A program made the position numbers and the translations under genes. The notes under the pieces are model-generated. The model saw only the letters and a program-made list of their open reading frames with translations, made no database searches and was not told the DNA's origin. Of a DNA stretch of 64,000 nucleotides, positions 49,831 to 62,787 are shown piece after piece (position 1 is the stretch's first letter; the number at the start of each line of letters is the position of its first letter). Source of the DNA: Mobula hypostoma (taxonomy: Eukaryota); the NCBI RefSeq assembly GCF_963921235.1, contig NC_086118.1, positions 23,810,001-23,874,000 of the forward strand, written 5' to 3'.

Positions 49831-52800
49831 AAATAGAAAGAGCTACATCTAGAGCACTCCTGTTAGATTTGATCGGGTTACTGGTAGATCACAGGCATAA
49901 ATGAACCGCTCAGTGAAATAGTTAAATGCTAAATCTGTTTTGGGAATTGAATGGGTCTTTTTCTGAATCTGGTGATTTAGGTTCCAGCTTTTTGTGAGGC
50001 AGACATTGTGAAATGAATGCTAACTCCATGGAGTATTAGCTTTCTGGATTTCCAGCACAATATGCACATGATTGAGACACATCTGTCACATAAGAAAATA
50101 AAACATAATATAATGAGAAGACTTGGCATTAGATTTTGGAAATAATCAAAAATGTTGCTTCCAGTGGGATATAGATTGAAGTGTTTGTAACAGCCAGATA
50201 CACAGTCCATATAGAAACTGCTCAGACCTGTCTGTTTACCCTGGGTTTCATTACTATATTTGACTAAGCAAGATTTAACATGCAAACATTTCACCAATTA
50301 CTCCTTTGTTTAAAGGCACATAAAGCTCACTATTTTTGGCCGAAGGTCTAGAGAGAATAAAAAGTTGTGTTTGGACTCACAAGTTTAATACCGCATTTTC
50401 TCCAGCCAACTCTTTCAAACATCACATGAAAATAACAGATTTTCTTTTACATTTGAACTTGCAGAGCATCATTTTGACTAGTCACTTTTGCAAATAGAGT
50501 TTAGATAATTTTGGGTAGTTAGATTAGAGTACTTGTAAAACTATAAATGAAGGAATATAGAAACTGGGTGTGCTATTGAACTTCTAGTAAATCTACTGGG
50601 GAAAAAATCCCTGTGATTGAAAAATCACATTAAAAAAGTGAAACTCTAGAGTGTAAGTGTAAAATAAAAGGAACAGTATGCAAAATAGGCTTAGGATTAA
50701 AAAAAACTTAATCAGGCTATATGGGCCTTCAGAATGGACACTGAATCTTTAATATTGGGTGAAACAGAATACCGCAGTGAGAAAGAATTTTTTACTCTCA
50801 GCAGGAAGCCTTCGGAGTACATGGACACAATCTAATCAGAGTGATACAGGGTGACCAACAAGCAGAAACTCCATCGTCAATGGAATTTAGGGAAAATGTT
50901 AAAATACGAGAGGGAAAATGGGTTTAAAAATGCAAATTCTGTAATTTCTTTACGTGTGTAGGTCAGGGTTTGTCTATTGCTTTTGGAAGAGACTGTAGTT
51001 GAGACAGAGGCTTTGTATCCTATTCAGTGAAATGAAAGAACCCAAGAGTCCGAGTGGAGGGAACAAACTTTTGTGGGTCAGTGCGGTCAGGCCTGGATAA
51101 ATGTGTCGTATTGTTTGTATTAAGGAGATGCTCCCAGCAGGGCGTCCCTGGACCACAGCACACAACATTGAAGCTGTATTTGTTCAACATTCTAATAACC
51201 TAAAGTGTAGTTGGTAAAATAGTAAATGTTAACAAAGGAAAATACTCAGCACAAGGATTTTGCAGACATATTCAACGTGGCAAAATATCAGTGATAACTG
51301 TGTTGTTTAAATAAGCACATATCGAAATATAGCGCACTAAGTAAAAGGAAATGAAAACTTACCAGGAGTGACAAAAGACACCACATTCCATTGGAAAGAA
51401 GACAATCTGGGTCATTGAAGCTGAGAATGGAAACAGTCTACACATAATGTTTGAAAACAGCCCTTTGTTTGTTTGATGCTGGCACAAGCGTCGAGCTGTG
51501 GCCCTTACTTCATCTGACAATTCATTGTGTTTTGCAGGGGCACTGATGAAAAGGGAATGCTGTTGGTTGTTTCAGAAAGGGAGATGGGCAAACATGAAAT
51601 CGAAGTGGAAAAGCTGCACAAAAGCAGAAAATAAAGATAATTCGTTAGTCGTGTCTCCATCATTCTCCTGCAAATTGTGCTCTAAAAAAATTGAGGGGAA
51701 CAGTTCCCAAAGCTTCAAAAGTAACCGTTGATAAAAGAGCTTGTTTCCAGAACGAGACCTGTTGAGGAATGAGGCTGTAAACAAGGAATTATGGCAAAAT
51801 GCAAATGTTTTATTGGGCAAGATACCCAGACTAAATGGACCATTATGTGTCCAACCATGGTTTTACAGTGTGTAATTGAGGGGTTTCATTCTATTCATTT
51901 CTTTTCTCTCTGCAAGTCAATCACTCTTTTATTATTTAAGATGGCTAATACTGGAATTGTTGTGTAATGTCATCAATTTGGTTATCTGTTTCATTCAATT
52001 ACTGACACCAAATTGGCCTCTGTGTTTCCAGTGGACAAATCATTAGTGATATTAACCATACTCAGAATGATCAGATTGCTCCTAAGTATTAACTTCAGGT
52101 GTTCCTGTTTTTGAGGTGAAAATTTGTGCCTTTTCTCTCAAGCTGTCTATTTAGTTGAAAATAAACTATTGATTTCTATCAAAGTGTCTTGAATGTTGGT
52201 TATTGTTAGTGTAATTTTCGTTAACTTGAAACAATTTGGAAGATTTTTCTTTAATATCATTTTACTTACTAGTCCTTGAGGGAGGAAGACCTTGTGCAGG
52301 TGATCACAGACGCAAGTATTGACGATAAGCTTGCACTGGACAATGCACTGACACGATGAAATCTTTTATCTTCACTGAACCATGAACCAGATAATGGTTG
52401 AATAGCCATCCATTAAACACTCATCCAAATCATAAATAAAAGAAATTAGGATGAGTTATTAGACACCGTATTCACTGCCATCCATCATGTACTGGTGTCA
52501 AATAGGTTGCTGTCAATTTTTAGCAGATTATACAATATAAACAAAAGAAGTGACTAGACTGCTACACTGATTAAACTATTTGATGTTTCCTTAGGGATTG
52601 CAATCTACTGGAATAATAGGAACATTTTTATAAGAGGAAGTGGCCACAAGAGAGCTCCCTGTATTTACACTAGAGGCTAAGCATGGGGATCTACTTCCAG
52701 AGAGTTTATCGAGGTGTATCAACTGGAGCAGATCACCTAGCCAGAGGAGGTGATGGGCTTTGACAAGACACAGATATGTTTAATGAACTGTAGCCCTTGG

Positions 52801-53884
52801 ACAACTGAAGGCTTAGATGATAAAGATCAAGCAAAAGAGGTGTAGTAAGTCAATATGTCAGAACGTGGTTAGATGACAGGTGACTATGACTTGATGAAGT
52901 GTTTAAGTAGGAAAGTTTTGGATCAATTGATGCTTCGTGGTTTGAGGGCTAAAACTTTTAATGAAAAGGAGGCAAGAAGTCTTTACGATGAAGAAGGCAC
53001 GGATCCGACACTCAAATAAAGTGATTATTATGATAAGAATAGGTTCATTCTGGTTCAGTCTAATAGGAGAGTTAGAGGGCAAATCTTGTCCGATTTGAGT
53101 AGAGAGTAAAAGGCTTCATGTATACAATATTAAGAAGTAGTGTTAGCTGACCATTATAAAATTGTGGGAAACCAGTGAATGTTGTACAAACAGTCTGACC
53201 ATGTCAATACTGCAAAGGAGTGTCACCTTGCATTTCCAGAGTAGAATTTGAACGCACAAAATGGAGGCAAAATTGTTATCAATTAAGCCACAAGTGAGGG
53301 CAGGATCAAATGGAACAATGCCATGCATGTAGTAGTCTTTAAGTACACAACTCTCACACGTGCTGTAGTGGCATGCTTGTGAATGAGTAGCCTGCATTGT
53401 ACCTGGATCATGCATGCATGAACAGATATCTCACAAGTGTCATCCAGACATGTTTTTCTCATTATCTCGTCTCAGTGCACACGTCGGGGCTCCTCGGTAT
53501 GTTAATGTGTCAGGCAACACGGAATAATTCCACAATTCCTTTATAGATTTTATTTTTTGTTAAATTGTTTATAAAAACACGGAACTAAACAATACAAATT
53601 ATAGGTGGGGGGGGCACTAAAATTTAAATGAGTGGAGCCAATATTTTAATAGTCGTTTGGTTCTGTTACTTTTGTATTGTTCGGTCTGATTCAGTCTTTG
53701 CAGATGTTCAGCCAGCAGCCTCAGAACATAAAAAATAAATAAGCACCTGCCATTTGTCAGAATTAATTTTATTATACGTGTTGCTTTTAGTTGTTCCTTT
53801 CTATTTTCCATGCCTCTCTTTTCTGCAGAGTATTTTTCTCCTCCCATCTTCTCACAGAGGATTGAGTTCTGACTAGACATGTAC

Positions 53885-54306
53885 TTATTTTTTTATTTTA
53901 AATATTCAAAAATAAAATTATATACAATAAACCATTCAATAACTTTCCATCCTTTACATAAGTTTCCATTATCCATGCTTATGGCCACCCACGTGGCACT
54001 CCAGTTGTTCACCTTACCACATCATTGTTGAGGGGTATACTCCCCGCCACCCGACCCCTCCCACTCCCGCAGGTGAAGAAACCTATACCGTGGTCCTTCC
54101 CCACCGGGCCCTTGTGGTGGCTGCACCGAGTTTCAGTGCGTCCCTCATCACGTACTCCTTCAGCCGAGAATGTGCCAGTCGGCAGCATTCTCCCACGGAC
54201 ATCTTCAGGTGCTGGTAGATCATCAAGTTTCGGGCCGACCAAAGAGCGTCTTTCACCGAGTTGATGATCTGCCAGCAGCACCGGATGTTGGTCTCTGTGA
54301 TCGACA
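53885..54306 (-). mobile_element. L1/Tx1-type LINE 3' fragment
   Basis: ORF 54083-54307 CCWQIINSVKDALWSARNL..CRLAHSRLKEYVMRD..ARW resembles the Tx1 ORF2 C-terminus; A-rich tail. Confidence 0.78.
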
Positions 54307-54335
54307 CTGGTCATTCTATATTATCTTAGCTAGTA

Positions 54336-54605
54336 GGGCGGCACGATAGCATTGTGGTTAGTACAACGCTTTACAGTACCAGCGTCCAGGGTTCAATTCC
54401 CACCACTGCCTGTGAGGCGTTTTGTACTTCTTCCCCGTGACTACGTGGGTTCCTTCCGGGTGCTCCAGTTTCCTCCCACAGTCCAAAGACGTACCGGTTG
54501 GTAGATTAATTGGTCATTGCAAACTGTCCCATGTTTGGGCTAGGATTAAATCGGGGATTACTGGGCAAAAGGGCCTACTCCGTGCTGTCTGTCAATAAAT
54601 AAATT
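54336..54605 (+). mobile_element. V-SINE (HE1-like), full length
   Basis: GGGCGGCACGATAGC..GTGGTTAG, B box GGTTCAATTCC, V-domain. Confidence 0.88.
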
Positions 54606-54609
54606 AATT

Positions 54610-54860
54610 TAGAACGTAGAACACAAAACATAGAACATTATAGCACAGTACATAACCTTCGACCCAATAGGTTGTGCTAATCTTTTAATCTACTCCGAGA
54701 TCAAACTAACCCTCCCTTCCTACATAGCTTTCCATTTTTCTTTCATCCACGGATCTGCCTCTTCCACCACCCATGGCAGGGTGTTCCATGCACTTACTAC
54801 TTTCTATGTAAAAACTTTCCCCTGACAGCCTCCTCCATACATTCCTCCAACCACCTTAGA
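54610..54860 (-). mobile_element. CR1-type 3' end fragment
   Basis: CATAGAACATTATAGCACAGTACA reverse tail. Confidence 0.7.
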
Positions 54861-54994
54861 CTTTTTTTTGTAGAGTTAAAGAAAACGTATGAAAGAATGG
54901 GACCCTTCTTTCTGTAATTATTTAAGCGTTGCTTCTTCCTTCCTTAGAAACAACAACTTAAATTTGCTCTCTTTAAGTGTGCCATTCATTAAAT

Positions 54995-55292
54995 CAGCAT
55001 GGTGGCGAAGCAGTTAGCAAAATATCTTACAGTTCTAGCTATAAGGTTGGGGTTCAATTCCTACTGCCGTTTGCAAGATGTTTATACATCCTTCCCATGA
55101 CCGCATGGGTTTCCACTTGGTGATCTGGTTTCCTCCCAAGTTCCACAGACATACCAGTTAGGGTTAGTAAGTTGTGGGCATGGTGACTCCTGCACATCTC
55201 AGACAGTCCTGGTTGTTGATACAAACAATACACACTGTATCACTGCATGTTTTAATGTACACGTGACAAACAAAGCTAATCTCTTTCTAATC
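54995..55292 (+). mobile_element. V-SINE variant
   Basis: tRNA-like head with GGTTCAATTCC, V-domain, GTGACAAACAAAGCTAATCT tail. Confidence 0.75.
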
Positions 55293-55464
55293 TTTTGGTA
55301 TTATTTTGCAGATTTTGCTTTGCCCTGTTGATAAGGCTTAATAGCTACTTTTGTGGCAATACATATCAAATTCCAATAATACTTCTTATAATAATATATT
55401 TGTTGTACTATTTTCTCCTTAGAATTCGTGCATCAATCCCGGGTCAATCATATTTGAAAAGAAA

Positions 55465-55835
55465 AGGAAGGCTTGTATTTATAAAGCATTTGTCACTTGT
55501 ATAGCATTGCAAGCACCTTCCAGTGAAGTGCATTCAAAGGGTGATCACTGTTGTAATGTAGGAAAGGCAGCAGTTAATTATCATGTGCAGAATGAGGAGG
55601 CATTGTGTTTGTAATGTTAAGTCTTGGATAAATATTGGATGGGGCACTGAGATTAACTCGTCTGTTCTTTATGGTGTACTTAAGGTCATAAGAAAATTCC
55701 ACTGTTTTACTTCAGCAGTGCCCATGACAAAGCGGCACTTACTCAGACTACACTAAAACGTCACTGCAGAATTTCGATGGGGATTTGAACCCACAACCTG
55801 GAGCTGACATTGCGACCAACTAAGCTACAGCTAAT
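55465..55835 (-). mobile_element. Deu-domain SINE (SacSINE1-like), decayed
   Basis: CTTGTATTTATAAAGCA..., CACTGTTGTAATGTAGGAAAGGCAGCAG and GGGATTTGAACCCACAACC (reverse B box). Confidence 0.65.
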
Positions 55836-56264
55836 ACCAGACGCTATGTATTTGCTGGCAATTTAATCACAACCTTATCTTCTCTTCATATTATGGTTAT
55901 AAAGGGTTAATGAATAATGATCAGGAGCAAGAAACTTGAGGACTGTTTACCTGACTAATTAAAGGTATTAAAAGCCATTTGTTGATCTGCTCAGGTAAAG
56001 ATCAACTCAGTCTGGGAACACAGGATACTCCAGCTCCACATACTCGAAAAGAACCAAATCTCATGAATTTGGGGAAAAGACTTCAGGTAAGACCTTGCTG
56101 AGAAGGAAAAAAGTGATGATTACCTTGACATTAAAGGACTAATTCTTTAAGTCCTATTATACATTTAACATTGCTTGTAGGTCCAATTCCAAACAACTTG
56201 TTCAAAAGCCTGCACCTTAAGTACCAGAGAAAAATCTGTTTATTGGGATAAATTTGGCAGATTA

Positions 56265-56890
56265 GCAAAGCTCTGAGGATTTATCCTGGGTCCAACATAT
56301 TGATCCAATTACAAAGAAGGCATGACAGCGGCTATATTTCATTAGGAGTTTGAGGAGTATTGGTGAGTCACCAAAGACACTCGTAAATTTCTACAGATGT
56401 TGTGTGAGGAGCACCCTTAACTGGTTGCATCACCGTCTGGAACGGAGGGGCCACTACACACGAGCGGAAAGAGCTGCAGAAGTTGTAAACACAGTCAGCT
56501 GAGCTAGGGAGGCACAAGCCTCCCTAGTATCCGGGATACCTTCAAGGAGAGATGTCTCAGGAAGGCTGCACCCATCATTTAAGGACTGCCCCGTCACCCA
56601 GAACATGCCCTCTTCTCATTGCTGCCATCAAGGAGGAGGTACAGGAGCCTGAAGACACACACTCAATGTTTCAGGAACAACTTCTTCCCTTCCACCATCA
56701 GTTTTCTGAATGGACAATGAACCCAAGAACATTTTTGTTCTTTCTCTCTTTTTGCACTCTTTATTTAATTTAATTATGTACATATCTCTTTGTAACTTAT
56801 AGTTTGTATTATTGTGTATTGTAACATGGTATTGCTGAAACTAACATATTTCATGACATATGCCTGTGATATTAAACCTGATTCTGATTT
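56265..56890 (+). mobile_element. Rex1/Babar LINE 3' fragment, same family as 30905-31766
   Basis: AGGAGGTACAGGAGCCTGAAGACACACACTCAA; ATTAAACCTGATTCTGATT tail. Confidence 0.85.
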
Positions 56891-57194
56891 CCTTAGCCTT
56901 TAACTGTTCTGACTCAAAATTCAAGGTTGATGATTCGTGAATAGACTGAACTTCTTCCTATTCTTTGTGTTTCTACTAACAGATATGGTTGGCTTTCAAA
57001 ACGTCCTTGAAAATAAGGAGTTTCACATCAAAACATTGTTTTAATTCTTTAAAGGCAAATGGTCTTTTTAAAATCCAGTTCCTTGAAACGCTGACCTATT
57101 GCCTGAAATCACTGTGTATCAGCTGCCCTCGTGTGGATTCCTGTGGTATAGCTAGTTTGTCTTTTGAATACAGTATTGATATTTGCCATAATCC

Positions 57195-58175
57195 TTAATT
57201 TTTTAACTCATTTTTCAGAAAGAGGGCATCACTGGTAAAACCAGCATTTATTCTCTCTCTCTAATTACATTTGAGAAGTTGATGATGGGCCACTTCCTTG
57301 ATTCCTGCAGTGCCTTTGATGAAATTAGTTCCACTGTGCTTCTGGGAATGGTGTTCTCAGATTTAGGCCCAGTGACGATTAAGAAAGAATAATGTATTCC
57401 CAAGGAAGCGAAGTGTGTAACTTGATCAGGAATCTATAACTGGCAGGATTAACATACACCTGAAGCTCTTGTTCTCATTGAGAACATCCTGACTGGCTGT
57501 ATCGTGGGATCTGTACTTCCCTCAATCACAGGATTTTGCAGAGAGTGGTGCGGACAGCCCCGTGCATCTGTGGATGTAAACTTCCCACTATTCAAGACAC
57601 TTACAGCGACAGGTGCATAAAAAGGGCCCGAAGGATAATTGGGGACCCGAGTCACCCCAACCACAAACTGTTCCAGCTGCTACCGTCCGGGAAACTGTGC
57701 CACAGCATTAAAGCCGGGACCAACAGGCTCTGGGATAGCTTCTTCCACCAGACCACCAGACTGATTACTTCACGCTGACACAATTGAATTTCTAAGCTAT
57801 ATTGACTGTTCTGTTGTACACACAATTTATTACAAATTACTATAAATTGCATGTTGCACATTCAGACGGAGACATAACATAAAGATTTTTACACCTCATG
57901 TATGTGAAGGATGTAAGAAATAAAGTCAATTCAATTCAATTCACTGGTGGTAGAGCTTATGGGTTTGAGAGGGGCTGTTGGAGCCTATAATTGCAATGCG
58001 ATTTGAAGATGGTATATGTTGCAGCCACTGTAATTCAGTGGTGGGAGCAATGAGTGCTTAGGGTGATGGATGAGGTGCCAGTCTAGCTGGCTGATTTATC
58101 CTGGATGACGTCAGGCCTCTTTTGTGTTGCCGGAGCTCATCAAGGCAAGTGGAGTGCATTCTATCACACTACTGA
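57195..58175 (-). mobile_element. Old CR1/L2-group LINE 3' fragment split by a Rex1 insertion
   Basis: Reverse complement of the family at 21600-22245; continues after 57942. Confidence 0.6.
57470..57942 (+). mobile_element. Rex1/Babar LINE 3' fragment
   Basis: ORF 57536-57778 QRVVRTA..IIGDPSHPNHKLFQLLPSG..SFFHQ; (TCAAT)n tail. Confidence 0.88.
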
Positions 58176-58854
58176 TGTGTTTTGGAGGAAGTCAATTTAT
58201 AGACAAACATTTTGTTATGTTTCTCATTAGTGGGATATTTATTTAGTCTCAAAATGCATTTGCACCATGATACCCTGTTACATGATCTCATTGCCCTTTC
58301 CTTCATGGTGATCTCTTGCATGAAGGATCAGGAAGACAGGGCCCAATTTGTGGTCAATGTGTTGCTGTGCAAGCCTGTGATCTATTATGTTTGACTTGAG
58401 TGTAAGTGGCAGATTTACACGACCCCAGAATGCACACAAAATGGTAATGGAGCCATAAGGACAGCCAGCCAGTGTAGTGGGCACAAACTACCCAAGGTGG
58501 TTCATTTGAAGCCTCTCCCTTGAGAGGTGTAACATGAATCCCGAAAACTGAATAAAATCACTGAAACACTGAGCTAATGCTGCTGCTATCATGATTATCA
58601 GAGCCCCAATGTGAAATCAGCTTTAATTATATTCCATGTCACCACAGTGAGAGGCTTTATATAAAATAATCCCAGTGCTGAAATAGCAAGTGATATCTGA
58701 GTCATTCACATTTCTTAGCATTTAGGCAGATAGAAAATATTGCACTCAGTGCGGAAATTCAGCATTTTAAAACGCTCTCAGGAGAGGATTATTTTATATT
58801 TGTAAAGGGGAATTATTAAATCTTGAGGGCTTAGGGGCGAGACCGTAGAGTGAT

Positions 58855-59318
58855 TTCCCAAGGCATCATCAGCACCAGCCTACCCGCCATCGAGGACATA
58901 TATTCAGAAAGGTGCCAGAAAAAGGCCAGCAATATCATAAAGAATACATAAGGGGCTGCTTATGGACTGTTTGACCCACTCCCAATAGGAAAGAGGCTAC
59001 ACAGCGTCTACACCAGGGTAACGAGACTCAAAAATAGTTACTTCCTGTAATTTGTGAGGCAGTTCGCACCTCCACCCATTAATGCTCCACACCATCCCCA
59101 CTACCACTATACACTATACACATGACCTAGGGTTCTTTTATATAACAGTTAATTGTACGTTGTGTTTTATAGAATTGCTTTTATATTTATATTTATTGTG
59201 GGGTTTTTTTGCATTTTTATTGTGTTCTTTATGCATCAGATCCAGAGTAACAATTATTTTGTTCACTTCTACACTTCTGTACTAAAGAATGACAATAGAC
59301 AATTCTAAATCCTAAATT
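58855..59318 (+). mobile_element. Rex1/Babar-type 3' fragment
   Basis: ACCAGCCTACCCGCCATCGAGGACATATAT..GACTGTTTGACCCACTCCCA; GAATGACAATAGACAAT tail. Confidence 0.7.
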
Positions 59319-59639
59319 TGGCTGCTTTAGTGGGTGTTTTCATGGGTGCCACCTTCTAGAGTATACCACAGAAGTTATGGATGTAGTGGGTGGTTTTTGA
59401 TTATATTGAGAAGTGCACAATACTTGGTTATTATTACTGAAATATTTTCATTACTATCAAATCTGGTTACCTGTTAAGTGCTGGACTGCTGGTGAAAGAA
59501 CTTTTGTGTGCTGTTTCATTAATATTTACTTTCATTGTGTTTTTCTGCAGATAATGGCTATTATGTTCGGTGGGATAACGAGTTGAAGATATAAGTGAGC
59601 CAAATACTTATTTTACGTTAAATCTAGAGAATTCAAAAT

Positions 59640-60095
59640 TCAAGAGATAAAGTTGAGCATGTATACAATTACAGAAGGTGTGCTACAGCACTGAGAGGTA
59701 TTAATGCAGTCATCAAATCATGGAAAAATCACATTTTCAGTCAGATATTATCAAGGGGCATAGTTATGAAGAAAAAGTATAGAATATTTTTTCTATAAAT
59801 AATGTGGCTCCAGAGGCAGTGTGACATATCTTCAGAGATTGTAAGGACCTTTGACAAGATAAACAGTGATGAATTGCTTCCTCCGGTTGAGAAGATTGCA
59901 ACAAATTGATCAAATTTAAGATAACTGGATGACAAATTAAAGAATAGCTGGGAGAAAAATCTTCTCCCAAAAATTGGCTATAAACTCAAAGTTCCTGACA
60001 CAAATTACTGCTGAGGCAAAAGCTAGAAGGATATTTTACTTGCTTGAAAAAGTAAGGAAGTGGGATTAGATTGGTTCAAGCTAAGACTAACATCA
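59640..60095 (+). mobile_element. Ancient CR1-type 3' remnant
   Basis: Weak match to CR1 C-terminus/tail (GATTGTAAGGACCTTTGACAAGATA; GAAGTGGGATTAGATTGG). Confidence 0.45.
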
Positions 60096-60515
60096 GCATT
60101 TGCTAACCGCACCATTTCCAAATTGCAGACTTTGTCGAATCCTATGAACCTGAATACAAAGTAATGCAGTGACGTTAATATGCTGATATCACTGAGATTA
60201 TTTGTTTACAAATGGATTTTTTGCCAATTTCTTATTTGTACTGAGCTCAGTGAAGAAGATTGCTCTCCAATGTTTTGTTCCTATGAGAATCTTGACCCTG
60301 GGTTTGTTGACCCACAGTAGAACAGGTTCTCACAAAGATTTGAGCTTTGAATTCACACCTCCTATTTAAATAATGTTTATATTTTTCCCCTATCTATCTC
60401 AGCCATATAACCTACAGCTCGGTGATTTCCCCAGTCCTGTGCATGTACTCAATTGTCCTTCTCCATGACTGGAGTCTGTTCCTTTAGCTGCCCATGCGGT
60501 TTGCTTTCAAATTTA

Positions 60516-60588
60516 CTTTCTGCACGTGTGCATCTTTCCACACAAACATCTCTTTCTGCACCTTTTCATCTTTCCATACAATCTCTCT
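60516..60588. repeat. Two-copy tandem repeat, period 36 bp
   Basis: CTTTCTGCAC.....CATCTTTCCA.ACAA at 60516 and 60552. Confidence 0.75.
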
Positions 60589-61429
60589 TTTAATAGTCTG
60601 TTCTGAATCCAGCTCCATGATCAAAACTTTCATCGTCTCTTCTAAAACCTGTTTCTTTGGCCCGGAACACCAGGGTAAGAGTAGGCCATTCAACTCCTCA
60701 AGCTTTTAAATATGATAATGCTGATCTGTGCCTGACTCAACATTTCTTCTGTGCCTGTTCCCCATAACTCTTAATATTTGTCTATTTCCACCATAAAAAT
60801 ATTAATATGATTTATATTAACTTATGATTTTGTTCACCTATGTTTGTCTTGTTTCTAATTTACCGTGCTGCTGCCACAAATAGCTATTTTTATGGCACTT
60901 ACACTTGCAATAATTTATGCACTAGAACACCAGATCCCTCTGAACTTCATTCCTTTCTAATCTCTTTCCATTTAACTATAATACACCTTTAAATTCGTCT
61001 CATCCAAGTGCCTGGCCTCACACTTTCTCACTATCTATGTCCCACTGTGGAATCACAATATCCTCAAGTCTTTCCACTTATTTTTGGATTTTGTATCATC
61101 AGCAGGCTTGGAAACCTTCCATATCCTTTTGCCCTCTTGGCCATTAACACTAATCAAAAGACATTAAGGGCCAAGAACTAGTCCATGCAGTATTCTGCTA
61201 GTTACATCCTCCCAACATGAGAAGAACCCATTTATTCCAACTGTTTTTTATGTGGTGGCCAGTTTTCAATCCAGTTTTCATTGGGTTTGATGTATTTGTC
61301 TAGAAATTTGATTCACATTGTGTTGCCATCATGAAGTTCAAGTGGGGTTGTCTAGTCAGGAATCGCCATTATGACACTGAAGCTATTTCCATGAGAATGG
61401 TAAACAAGATGACATAATTCCCCATTTCA

Positions 61430-62040
61430 AGAGAATCTGCAGATGCTGGAGGTCTTGCGCAGCATACGCAAAATGCTGGAGGAACTCAGCAAGTCAGGCA
61501 CATCTATGGAGGCGAATAAACAGTCAATGTTTTGGGCTGAGACCCTTCATCAGGATTGGAAAGGAAGGAGCTAGTAGACTCATCCTGGCAGTAAAGGAAG
61601 CTATGGACAGGCGAGAGTCAAATTGAATTGAATATTGCTCCCCTTCCTCCTTCTCTCTTTTTCCATTCCCCAGTTTTGTTACCTTCTCACCCCTTCTCTT
61701 CTCCTCACCTGCTCATCACCTTCCTCTTGTTTCCCACCTCCTTCCTTTCTTCCATGGTCCACTGTCCTCCCTACTAGATACCTTCTCCTTCAGCCCTTTG
61801 CTTTGTCCACCTCTTACCATCTTACTTCTTTCCCCCTCTCCCATAGAACAACATTCCCCCTCCCCCTCACCTAGCTTCATCTATCTCCTAGCAATTTCCC
61901 CTCCCCGAAACTTTTTATTCTGTCTTCTTCCCCCTTCTTTTCCAGTCCTGATGAAGGGACTTGGCCTGATACTTGGACTATTTATTCCCTTCCATAGATG
62001 CTGCCTGACACGCTGAATTCCTCCAGCATTTTGTGTGCAT
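61430..62040. mobile_element. Penelope-like termini in inverted orientation, hammerhead cores mutated
   Basis: 61465-61570 is a diverged reverse complement of ~61925-62038; CTGATGA present in both, with GAAA mutated to AAAA and GATA. Confidence 0.75.
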
Positions 62041-62787
62041 TCTTCATTTTATGTTCCTTTGGGAATTATTCCAAAAGAACATGATCAAAATCCTGTAGTA
62101 GATACCTGAATTAAAGCAACCTGACACCTATTTCCTAGTCATCCCAGCCTCCAGCCCTCATTTTTCCCAAGAAATCCCCTACAATAAAGATATAAAGTTT
62201 CAATAGGTCAAATGAATTAATTCTACATCCATAAGATTATGATCTTACGAATATCAACCTTTCTGATTCCATCCCTCCTGTACCTTCTACTTGATGCTGC
62301 TCACCATCTACATTACTATCCACTGACCATGGCTAGATCTAACCCTCATCTCATACATCTCCTGTCCTCCAAAATTCCTCTGATCTTTGGAGAAGACTTC
62401 CAAGTGGCAGAATTTCATAAGCTTTAACACTCTGCTTTGCAGACCAAATTGGTCACTTTCCAATGTCCATCACACACTTCAAAGTGCACTGAAAAGTTGT
62501 ATGATGCATTGTTAAGGGTTTTCCATGTTAAATGGAATATATGAAATCAAGTTACTTGTGGAAAAAAGTGGTAAAATATTCTGCAAATACAGATTTATCT
62601 AGAGAATGTATGAGAAGTGCTATTCTATCCTGAAATTGAGATTGCCAAGTGCTCCACTGTTTGTGGCTATCCAGTACTGCTTCACGAGTTCTGTCCACGT
62701 AACATATGAATTCAAGTCTGGTACTGATCTTTTTAAAATTCCTGATCTGTTCTATACTTCACTTGAAATGATAAATAAAATCCATTG

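Noticed and set aside
59551..59594. Candidate exon after strong acceptor tttttctgcag
   Set aside because: Stop codons in two frames and no recognisable product; insufficient support.
60516..60588. Short direct repeats as a CRISPR-like array
   Set aside because: Only two adjacent copies, no spacers, eukaryotic context; simple tandem duplication.
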